Shown in pieces: positions 39,022 through 47,119 of a DNA stretch of 64,000 nt (the stretch's first letter is position 1; each line of letters starts with the position of its first letter). Made by a program: the position numbers and the translations under genes. The stretch lies in the NCBI GenBank assembly GCA_030654075.1, contig JAURYB010000005.1, forward strand, positions 8,732 to 72,731, written 5' to 3'. Under the pieces are notes generated by a model. The model saw only the letters and a list, made by a program, of their open reading frames with translations. It did no database searches and was not told where the DNA came from. This DNA comes from Bacteroidales bacterium. Its GTDB lineage: Bacteria; Bacteroidota; Bacteroidia; Bacteroidales; UBA4417.

Positions 39022-39987
39022 TTATTTTAACACATAGTTAAAAGCTCCTGACAAACGAGACAAGTAATTCTTTATGTATTTAAAATATTCAATCTCAGGA
39101 CCGATGGGAGTATCAATTTTTATCGGCTGCAAATTGGCAACCATCCGGTTGAGGTCGGCAATGCGGATGTAATCGGGGTATGACGCTTTCAGGTCGGCAT
39201 ATTGCATGTTTAATACTTTCCAGTAAAGTGGTGTGTACTTTTCGCAGTATTTTTCTTTTTCTTTTTTTATGAGCGATGCAATAGAATCCATTTCATATCC
39301 CTGACCAACATCAACACCGGTCATCGCTGTAATTTTACTATTCCACACCCCGATTTTTTGAAGGGTCGCCATTCGCTCCGGATCAGTATCAATTTTAATA
39401 TATTCATTCTCAATATTGTTTCGGCGTTCATCTACCTGTGACTTTAAATTTTGTAGCTGCTGGGCTAATTCTCCAGGGTTCGAACCGGTTTTTTGTTGTT
39501 CACTTATCCCCTGGCTGGACTGGGCCATGGTATAACTTTCAGCGCCATATGCTTCGGCCCAGGCTTTTTTACCTTCTTCGCTCATGCCCTGCATATTTTT
39601 GATTTCACCAGTCGAAATATTGGTTTGCTGCATCATCATTTTATCGGCTAATGCAGCTTTGTCAGCTTCTGACATTTTTTTATTGCTTTTCATTTTCTGA
39701 ACTTCTTCATCCGATAGGCCATATTGTGAAGCCATTTGATTTATCGCATTTTCTTTAGCCGGATTCCCATCAACTTTGCTTTGGCTTTTCATTTTTTTTA
39801 TCTGATCGTTTATCTCATCTTTCAGGGTTTTTACCTGGGCAACAAACGTTTCCCTGGTTTCGGGTTTAATTTTGCACAATTCATCTGGAAGCGAAGGAAT
39901 ATTATCGACAAATTGCTGGGTCTGGAACTGGGCGTTGCAAACAAATGTTGTAAGCAACATGATAAGCAGTATAAGCTGTGTTTTCAT
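39022..39987 (-). CDS. Secreted Met-rich coiled-coil protein, paralog family D (D3), module 3
   Basis: Signal peptide MKTQLILLIMLLTTFVCNAQ; DKMMMQQTNISTGEIKNMQGMSEEGKKAWAEAY. Its stop lies 5 nt before the C3 start. Confidence 0.65.
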   Translation of the reverse strand: MKTQLILLIMLLTTFVCNAQFQTQQFVDNIPSLPDELCKIKPETRETFVAQVKTLKDEINDQIKKMKSQSKVDGNPAKENAINQMASQYGLSDEEVQKMKSNKKMSEADKAALADKMMMQQTNISTGEIKNMQGMSEEGKKAWAEAYGAESYTMAQSSQGISEQQKTGSNPGELAQQLQNLKSQVDERRNNIENEYIKIDTDPERMATLQKIGVWNSKITAMTGVDVGQGYEMDSIASLIKKEKEKYCEKYTPLYWKVLNMQYADLKASYPDYIRIADLNRMVANLQPIKIDTPIGPEIEYFKYIKNYLSRLSGAFNYVLK

Positions 39988-40051
39988 ATTTTCGTTGCTT
40001 TTAGTATTTCAAACCTGATTGTTCGATTGATAATTAATCTGGAACCGTAAT

Positions 40052-40636
40052 TTAGTCTTGCTCTACACCGTTGATAACGGTATGTTTTTTGCCGTTATTC
40101 TCGTACCAATACGATATGCTACGCCCTTCACTTTCTTCAGAAGTTACCCGCCCCTGCTTATCATATGAAATTGAAATAAGCAGTTTCCCCTTTTCAACTT
40201 TTGTTTCGTTCTGTCTTCTGCCATCTTCATAAAAAAGGTTTGTATATCCTGTATATTCCCAGGGTTCACCGGTCAGATAACTGTCTAGCTTAAGTGTGCC
40301 ATCTTCATAGTATTCGAGAGATCTGCCTTTTGGGATACCATTTTCATAATTGGTATTCGATCGTAACACCCCATTTTCAAAAAACGTTTTGTAATATCCA
40401 TGGGGTACACCATGAAAGAATTCCTGTTCAGTGGATAAAAATCCTTTTTCAGTATAAAACTTGTATATCCCATTAAGCTGTCCGTTTTCCATCATATATA
40501 CCTTACTCACTTTACCATCGGGATAATACTCTGTCTTCTTTCCGTTCAAAGGGTCTTCTTTACTGGTATTCTGAGCTAACAGGCTCGTTAATCCTATTGT
40601 AATCAGGATGATGATAACTAAAATGGCAGTTTTCAT
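40052..40636 (-). CDS. Secreted MORN-repeat-variant (YwqK-like) protein
   Basis: Signal peptide plus repeated Y(Y/F).(D/N)G.(L/V)......Y.NG...G units (EYYPDGKVSKVYMMENGQLNG, TFFENGVLRSNTNYENGIPKG, EYYEDGTLKL). Confidence 0.65.
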   Translation of the reverse strand: MKTAILVIIILITIGLTSLLAQNTSKEDPLNGKKTEYYPDGKVSKVYMMENGQLNGIYKFYTEKGFLSTEQEFFHGVPHGYYKTFFENGVLRSNTNYENGIPKGRSLEYYEDGTLKLDSYLTGEPWEYTGYTNLFYEDGRRQNETKVEKGKLLISISYDKQGRVTSEESEGRSISYWYENNGKKHTVINGVEQD

Positions 40637-40719
40637 TTCAGATTATTTAATGATGTTAAATGAAAAGAGCAGAAAAAGGGAAAGGCACCACTTGATTATG
40701 CCTGCTCACTTGATGCGTA

Positions 40720-42003
40720 TCAGAGTTTAATAAACTCCACCCTCCTGTTCATCGCTTTATTGGAAGGTGTATCATTAGGTGCAACCGGCTGGCTTTCGCC
40801 CATTCCATCGGTTATAAGGCGTTCGCCATTTACATTGAATGTTTTTACAAGCTCGCTTTTAACCGAAGCGGCCCGGCGTTTCGAGAGATCCAGGTTGGCA
40901 GCATCGGCACCATCGGCATCGGTATGTCCGACTATTTTCACTTTTACATCAGGTACCTCATTCAGGATTTTAGCAATGTCTTTCAGGGTTCCGTAAGATT
41001 CAGGCTTAACCACATCCTTATTTACATCGAAATAAATGCCGTAGGTTACAAGTTTGCCTTCGGTAAGCAGTTTGTTTCGGGTATCGGGCGAAGCTGTAGT
41101 AATTTTCACATTGGTGATATACGAACTGCAGGAAGCTCCCCTATATAGTTGAAATGCCAGCCGTGTAAATTTACTGTCCTCATACAGGTTGGTAGGCATA
41201 TCCAATACCTTTTCCCCCTGATGATAAATACGAACCCGCCGGTTCTGAACCCAGATAATTACGTGATTAACCTTCTCTTCTACAACAGGTTTTAATTGTG
41301 AGTTGCCGGTTATTTTGGAGCTCCCGGCTTTTATGCCTTGTGATTCCCAGCCAGTTTTTGCCACACTTATAATCAATCCGGTTTTACAGGCAAACGGATC
41401 GCTCATTTCCTTGAACCCGTTTTCGCCATAAATAGCCACGCCAACTGCATATCGTGGGGCTCCTTTTTTGGGCACAATATCGAATTCAAGAATAAAATTT
41501 TTCGGGAACTCAATCGGTTTCAGGAACCACCAGTTACCTTCAGTTGCATTCAGATTTAACCAGTTACCGGGGGCAACATTTAATGTATTGATCTCCCCTG
41601 ATTTATTGGTTGTCCAGAGTGCAGGGAAATCGCCCACAGCATCCTGGCTGAAATCTTCGTACAATAAAACTTTATCGCCAGGAACAAAATCATAATTTGA
41701 AAAGGATTGCAGTGACTGCTGATTCTGCTTTCCTTCAGTTTTACTGCCGGGTGCTGTAGTGGTTGTTCCGGTATTTTTCTGATCTGGCTTTTGTGTTGCA
41801 GGAGTATTAGATTTTTTAAAATTAGGATTAAGGCTATCCTCAATTACATCAAGCCCTTTATCAATACCCCGGTCAATTTTACGGTTAACCCTGTTAACAA
41901 CTTTGTTTTCAATACGTTGCGGAACATTTATGATCTGCGCCGAAACCTCAATCCACAAACTTAAAAAAAAGAATGTCAGGACTGTTACAACAAGTGCTTT
42001 CAT
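40720..42003 (-). CDS. OmpA-family protein (novel N-terminal region + OmpA/MotB C-terminal peptidoglycan-binding domain), paralog 1
   Basis: C-terminus YFDVNKDVVKPESYGTLKDIAKIL...VKIVGHTDADGADAANLDLSKRRAASV...NRRVEFIKL. N-terminal amphipathic IINVPQRIENKVVNRVNRKIDRGIDKGLD. Confidence 0.8.
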   Translation of the reverse strand: MKALVVTVLTFFFLSLWIEVSAQIINVPQRIENKVVNRVNRKIDRGIDKGLDVIEDSLNPNFKKSNTPATQKPDQKNTGTTTTAPGSKTEGKQNQQSLQSFSNYDFVPGDKVLLYEDFSQDAVGDFPALWTTNKSGEINTLNVAPGNWLNLNATEGNWWFLKPIEFPKNFILEFDIVPKKGAPRYAVGVAIYGENGFKEMSDPFACKTGLIISVAKTGWESQGIKAGSSKITGNSQLKPVVEEKVNHVIIWVQNRRVRIYHQGEKVLDMPTNLYEDSKFTRLAFQLYRGASCSSYITNVKITTASPDTRNKLLTEGKLVTYGIYFDVNKDVVKPESYGTLKDIAKILNEVPDVKVKIVGHTDADGADAANLDLSKRRAASVKSELVKTFNVNGERLITDGMGESQPVAPNDTPSNKAMNRRVEFIKL

Positions 42004-42296
42004 GATCCTAAAGATTAATGAGTTAGAAATTGAATTGATATGTTTGGTATGAACAAATTTACATCAGGTCATTTCGTATCACATCCCTGTTTTAAGGGGT
42101 TTTGCAGCAGGACTTGTTATATATCTTAGTGATGTAAATATAGGGAAATTTCGCTGAAAATATTCTTTTCTCCTGGAAAAAATTCTTTTTTAATATGTCG
42201 TCCTGAAACCGGATAGTAAGAGTTTAAATAGTAAAACAGGTTGAAGATAATGAATTACTTTGATTTTGAAAATGGCATCTATTTGTGATATTTATT

Positions 42297-43349
42297 TTAC
42301 TTTACATCCAGCAATTCTCTTAAATCACTTCCTTTCATCCCCTGAATAAATTCCCAAACCCTGTGGGCATTAATTTCTCCCCATTCGGGATAATCAGCAT
42401 GACCTTCCATGGTAATGGTGATCAATTGTACACTTGTTCGCGGAAGTGCCGGATCAAAATAATTCGGATTAATTTTGTAAAGTGCCTTTGTGGAGTCCTC
42501 TTCTACGGTGCATATTCCGGTAAGGGGTCTTTGTGAATTTCCATTGATGTAAGCAGGCATCATCATCATCTCGGGAGGAATAGCATCTATTTCACTTTTT
42601 AAGGCATCTATCACCATTTGAGGAATTAAGCCCTCCTTCAGTGATGCATTATAATAGATCATCATCCTGGCAATGTATTCTTTGTTTGTAACAGGGAACC
42701 ATAGAGGGCGATCGTTGCGGGCAACAACAATCCGGTTCTCGTAATACCAATTATAAAGAAACACACCACTGCCAATATCCATTAATTCTTTAGGCAGACA
42801 AAAAATCTCTTTGAATTGATTAAGGGCTTTCTTGTCATCCAGTTTATCAAAATTCATGGCTGTTTCGTAAACAGCAGATTCATCATTGGTTCTCAGTTGA
42901 ATATAGGATACCTCCGTACAGGCATTATCAATCTTTCCATTATTATGGATAAGGTTGCAAAATGGGACATAGATTTCAGTCTTCACTTTTTCGGTTGCTG
43001 CCAGTGCATGATCATAATGATTGTAAACAGCTCTGGCTTGCGCATTCAGGTTCACCCCAAGCGGATTCTGAGCAATGGGTTGCTGATGCAGATAGCTAAC
43101 CAATTTTTCGGTAGTGGCATGGTATTTCTCCAATTCAGTCGCAGTCATTTTGTAATAGCGCGCGCCAAACCACTCCGCCGACTCGTTATTATTGGTATAA
43201 ATCCACTTACCGGGATAGGTCGCTAAGTCGCTGTTGTCCTGCGAAAAAGAAAGGAACGAAATACTTGAGATGAGAAGGAGTATAAATATTCGCCTTGGGA
43301 GATTGAATCGGGATTTTTTTTTCAAAACGTCAGAGTTTATTTTTACCAT
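42297..43349 (-). CDS. Secreted protein, paralog family A (A7, divergent)
   Basis: VARNDRPLWFPVT, KINPNYFDPALPRTSVQ, C-terminal LLDVK. 14 nt downstream of B4. Confidence 0.65.
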   Translation of the reverse strand: MVKINSDVLKKKSRFNLPRRIFILLLISSISFLSFSQDNSDLATYPGKWIYTNNNESAEWFGARYYKMTATELEKYHATTEKLVSYLHQQPIAQNPLGVNLNAQARAVYNHYDHALAATEKVKTEIYVPFCNLIHNNGKIDNACTEVSYIQLRTNDESAVYETAMNFDKLDDKKALNQFKEIFCLPKELMDIGSGVFLYNWYYENRIVVARNDRPLWFPVTNKEYIARMMIYYNASLKEGLIPQMVIDALKSEIDAIPPEMMMMPAYINGNSQRPLTGICTVEEDSTKALYKINPNYFDPALPRTSVQLITITMEGHADYPEWGEINAHRVWEFIQGMKGSDLRELLDVK

Positions 43350-43363
43350 ATTCTGGTTTTTTC

Positions 43364-44560
43364 CTATCTGCTAAACGAGAAATTAACTTTGCTGGTGTAG
43401 GTTGTTTGGCCGCCATCAATTTTATTGTTATCGGTCTCAGTTTTCGTGTCCTTCAAGGTTTTATCAGTGGGTTTTCCTTTAAACGGCCCCCAGGTACTTT
43501 TAACTGATACAATATATCCATAGGTTATTTTTTCATCGGGCTCAGGATCTTTGCGGCATTCGGTAATATTGGTTACTTTTCTCGATTTCACATATTCGCC
43601 TTTCTGGGATACGGCTTTTACCACTACCATATAAGTGCCCTGAATGGTATCAAATTCAATACTGACTTCAGCAGGGAACTTCTTTGATGTATTTGAACCT
43701 TCTGGCAACGGAGCTAATCCATCCACTTTAAATTCCTCCCTGGTAACCACCGTATAATCAGAACTGGTATAATTTGTCATATCAATTCCAGTTACATCTT
43801 TTCCTTCGTATGTCCAACAATTCACACAGCCCGATTTAAACTCGCGGTTCATTTTCTCATCAACACCACTGGCATGCATTGATCCGGTTGCCTGAATCCG
43901 ACCTTTTTTTTCCAGAACCACTTCTTCAAGATAACTGTTGCTTTTCTTTATGGTTCCTCTGAAATATCCCGAATTGTCCTTTCCGCAACGGCTTCCGGTT
44001 TCGTGAATCTCGTCACTGGTTCTTTCTGTGGACATGCTAATCGTCCCTAAGTAAGGGCATATTCCTCTGGCTAACAGATCCCTCGCCAAATCCTGTGCAT
44101 ATTTTCGCATTGCCTGAATAAAATGATCTTTGTCGGTTGTATTAATCCCCCTGGTAGCCACCTTTGAATTTCTTGTGATTGAGGTTGAACCCGTCAGATA
44201 ATAATCATCTCCAATCCTATACCCGCCCAAAGAAATAAGATAATCGCATCCCATTGCTCCGGCAATCATCGAAAGATTACCTTCTATGTCATTGGTTAAA
44301 ATAGCTTTTGTACGATCAAGTATCATCATTTGCTTTATACCTTGATAGGTCATAAAATCAGCACAGGTAATCTGTTGCTTTAATTCATCCTGCACCTGAT
44401 CTTCAAAAAGTCCTGATATATCGTCGGCAGAAAAACTCCCTAAACCATCTTTTGCTGAACCTATAATCAGTATTTTAGGTCTTACAATCTCGGGTAATTT
44501 TTGGCCAAATGAAACAATACCAAACCAGCACAAAAAAATAATTAACAATGAAGATCTCAT
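43364..44560 (-). CDS. Secreted protein, paralog family B (B4), module 4
   Basis: Signal peptide; CDYLISLGG, GICPYLG, CVNCWTY, ITECRKD, WGPFKGKPTDKTL. Its ATG overlaps the C4 stop (ATGA). Confidence 0.65.
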   Translation of the reverse strand: MRSSLLIIFLCWFGIVSFGQKLPEIVRPKILIIGSAKDGLGSFSADDISGLFEDQVQDELKQQITCADFMTYQGIKQMMILDRTKAILTNDIEGNLSMIAGAMGCDYLISLGGYRIGDDYYLTGSTSITRNSKVATRGINTTDKDHFIQAMRKYAQDLARDLLARGICPYLGTISMSTERTSDEIHETGSRCGKDNSGYFRGTIKKSNSYLEEVVLEKKGRIQATGSMHASGVDEKMNREFKSGCVNCWTYEGKDVTGIDMTNYTSSDYTVVTREEFKVDGLAPLPEGSNTSKKFPAEVSIEFDTIQGTYMVVVKAVSQKGEYVKSRKVTNITECRKDPEPDEKITYGYIVSVKSTWGPFKGKPTDKTLKDTKTETDNNKIDGGQTTYTSKVNFSFSR

Positions 44561-45387
44561 TTTGTCAAAATGTTACAGTCAGGAACTAATTTCTGAATCC
44601 GTGATTTCTCACTTTCGCTGATGCCGGTTTTGGCAATGCCGAGCAGTTTCAAGTTCTTTAACCGGCCAATGTCATCAGGTAATCTTTCTATCGGATTCAG
44701 ATCCACATATAACTCTTCCAAACCGGTCAGATTTTGAATGGAACCGGGCAATGTGCTGATTTGATTCCCGTATAATGCAAGTTTTTTCAATTTGGTTAAG
44801 TTTCCAATACTTTCAGGAACAGAGCGGGTTCCGGAATAATTCCGCAACAGGTAAAGCTCTGTAATCGGTTTATCGGCAAGCTTGAAAAAAAGTGAATCTA
44901 AATCTATTTCTGCACCTGATTTGGTTCCCTTGATAAAAAGCACTTGCAGATTTGGGAATTTGTTCAGATCAGCCAGTGATAAACCCGGTTCCGGATTCGC
45001 CAAATCAATCGCCAGAAAAGTGGTTTCTTCATAAAACTCATCAGAAATTTCATTCACGTCCTCATCCATTTCAAAATCGCGCAGAATTTCGTTTGTGAGT
45101 TGCTCAGCCATTTCAGCACCTATAACAATGGGTGCCTGTAGCGTCGTATCCAATGGAAATTCATTGGTTGCAATACCTGCATCTTTATCGATCTGTTGAA
45201 AAAGATTACCGAGTTTTATGCGGGCTTGCCTGGCTTCCTCAGGGTCATCCCAATTGGTGCTTTTCATTAATCTCTCAGTCTCTTCAGCAGATCTTTGCTG
45301 CTGAGGTGTTGGTTTTTCTTCTTCTTGCTGCGCATAACAAGCAAGTCCGCAAAACACTATCAGGAAAAGAAGAATCAGGTTTCTCAT
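44557..45387 (-). CDS. Secreted leucine-rich-repeat protein, paralog family C (C4), module 4
   Basis: Start set at ATG 45387 (MRNLILLFLIVFCGLACYAQ). LMKSTNWDDPEEARQARIK; LRRs LKKLALYGNQISTLPGSI..LEELYVDLNPIERLPDDI. Ends KLVPDCNILTK. Confidence 0.75.
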   Translation of the reverse strand: MRNLILLFLIVFCGLACYAQQEEEKPTPQQQRSAEETERLMKSTNWDDPEEARQARIKLGNLFQQIDKDAGIATNEFPLDTTLQAPIVIGAEMAEQLTNEILRDFEMDEDVNEISDEFYEETTFLAIDLANPEPGLSLADLNKFPNLQVLFIKGTKSGAEIDLDSLFFKLADKPITELYLLRNYSGTRSVPESIGNLTKLKKLALYGNQISTLPGSIQNLTGLEELYVDLNPIERLPDDIGRLKNLKLLGIAKTGISESEKSRIQKLVPDCNILTK

Positions 45388-45663
45388 ACAAAAATGGTTG
45401 AGTGGATATACCAAAATGTGGCGCACTATTTAAAAATCAACAAGGAAAGCCTGACCCATTTATTGAACTGATCGTCGGATTGGGTAATTTTTTTTGGTAA
45501 TAAAATCTAATTTCTGTTAACGAAATATTAGCTGAAAATCAGAACAATACAAGCGATTATTACTATTGATGTATTGCCTGGAGGGCAGAATAATGCCTGG
45601 CATATTAAATTTCATAATTTCCGGCAGGATAAAAGTGCCTGCCGGAAACAATGAACAAAAAAT

Positions 45664-46980
45664 CTATAATTTTATAAACTCCACCCTGCGGTTCATCGCT
45701 TTATTGGAAGGAGTATCATTTGGAGATACAGGTTTTGTTTCGCCCAGGCCATCCGATTCCAATCGTGAGGCATCAATACCGAAGTTTTTAACCAGTTCGG
45801 CTTTAACCGAAGCACCGCGGCGTTTCGACAAATCAAGATTTGCAGCATCGGCACCATCGCTGTCGGTATGGCCAACAATTTTAACCCGAACGGTCGGGTT
45901 TTCCTTTAACACATCGGCTATTCCTTTCAGGGTTCCGTATGATTCGGGTTTTACCACATCTTTATTTACATCAAAATAAATACCGTAACTCACCAGTTTG
46001 CCTTCGGTAATCAGTTTGCTGCGCATATCGGGCATACCTGCTGCTATCCTGAAATTTGTAATCATCGGGGCAGATTCTCCCCACAATTCGAAACGCATCT
46101 GGTTGCATATCATCCCAGGTTTGAACACCTTTGGCAAGTCAAAAATCTTTACCTGGTCCTGGTACACCCTGAGCCTTGTTTTCTGCACCCAGAAGGATAA
46201 CCGGTATCTTTTCCCGGCTTCCATAGTTGCATTTTCTTTTTCTCCACTTATGGTGTAGCCTTCTACATCATATGCACTGTAAGTAGCCCGGTAACCGAAG
46301 CTCATTTTAATTCCCCCATTCAAACCCGGAACAGCTCCTCCTTCGAACAGGTCTTTCGGATCTTGAGCACTGTACAAATAAAAGCCATATTCAAAGCTTA
46401 CAACATCTTCATTCAACACATAAGGAATTACATCAAACTCTATGGTATAATTTTCGGGCAGCTTAATACCTTCTTCCAGGGCCACGCACCCTTCACCAAT
46501 CAATTTAAACCAGTTGCCTGGAAAAATATTATTAGTTACAACTTCGCCCGATGCCGTTGTATTCCAGTTTGGTGGAAAATCACCAACGGCTGTTTCCATA
46601 AAATCATCGAAGTACATTACCTTTTCGCCGGGGATGAAGTCGAATTTGGAATAGGTCTGCATACTTTGTTTTTCCTGTGGAACAGCAGTAACTGCAGTAG
46701 ATCCGGCTGCTTTCACGGCAGCTTCTCCGCCTGAATTTTCCGCCTCGGTTTGTTCTACAGGTGCCTTCTCACTCTTATTTTTATTTTTTTTCTTATTCTT
46801 CCCGCTGGCTTCATCTTCAACGGCATCAAGTCCCTTGTCGATGCCATTATCAATTTTGTTATTAACACGGTTGATTACTTTGTTTTCAACCCGGTTTCCA
46901 ATGTTGATAATTTGTGCTGTTACGAACAAACCGCTCAAAACAAAAGAAGCCAGAAATACCAGTCTCATGTAAATTTTCAT
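45664..46980 (-). CDS. OmpA-family protein, paralog 2
   Basis: Same architecture as 40720-42003: IINIGNRVENKVINRVNNKIDNGIDKGLD, a Lys/Asn-rich linker, a middle beta region, and an OmpA C-terminal domain ending NRRVEFIKL. Confidence 0.8.
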   Translation of the reverse strand: MKIYMRLVFLASFVLSGLFVTAQIINIGNRVENKVINRVNNKIDNGIDKGLDAVEDEASGKNKKKNKNKSEKAPVEQTEAENSGGEAAVKAAGSTAVTAVPQEKQSMQTYSKFDFIPGEKVMYFDDFMETAVGDFPPNWNTTASGEVVTNNIFPGNWFKLIGEGCVALEEGIKLPENYTIEFDVIPYVLNEDVVSFEYGFYLYSAQDPKDLFEGGAVPGLNGGIKMSFGYRATYSAYDVEGYTISGEKENATMEAGKRYRLSFWVQKTRLRVYQDQVKIFDLPKVFKPGMICNQMRFELWGESAPMITNFRIAAGMPDMRSKLITEGKLVSYGIYFDVNKDVVKPESYGTLKGIADVLKENPTVRVKIVGHTDSDGADAANLDLSKRRGASVKAELVKNFGIDASRLESDGLGETKPVSPNDTPSNKAMNRRVEFIKL

Positions 46981-47096
46981 AATTTGTGGGATTAATTAGT
47001 ATTAAAATATAGGCACTATAAAGATATGTAAAATTACTTTGGATACTTATCCGATTTATCCCTTAAAAAAGGGATTTTTTTTATCGGTCGAAATCT

Positions 47097-47104
47097 TAAT
47101 TTTG
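47097..47104 (+). promoter_or_regulatory. Candidate Bacteroidetes -7 promoter box TAATTTTG
   Basis: Matches the TAnnTTTG consensus, 15 nt upstream of the kinase ATG. Single-motif evidence only. Confidence 0.25.
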
Positions 47105-47119
47105 TAACAGTTAAATAAT

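Noticed and set aside
39478-39492. tRNA-like GGTTCGAACCGG T-arm sequence
   Set aside because: It lies inside the D3 coding sequence, with no acceptor or anticodon stems around it. I found no tRNA, rRNA, tmRNA or RNase P candidates by eye anywhere in the window.
11036-46980. Island as a prophage, ICE or polysaccharide-utilisation locus
   Set aside because: It has no integrase, transposase, relaxase, capsid or terminase-like genes. It has no SusC/SusD-like pair or glycoside hydrolases. No flanking tRNA or long direct repeats are present, and composition looks similar to the flanks by eye.
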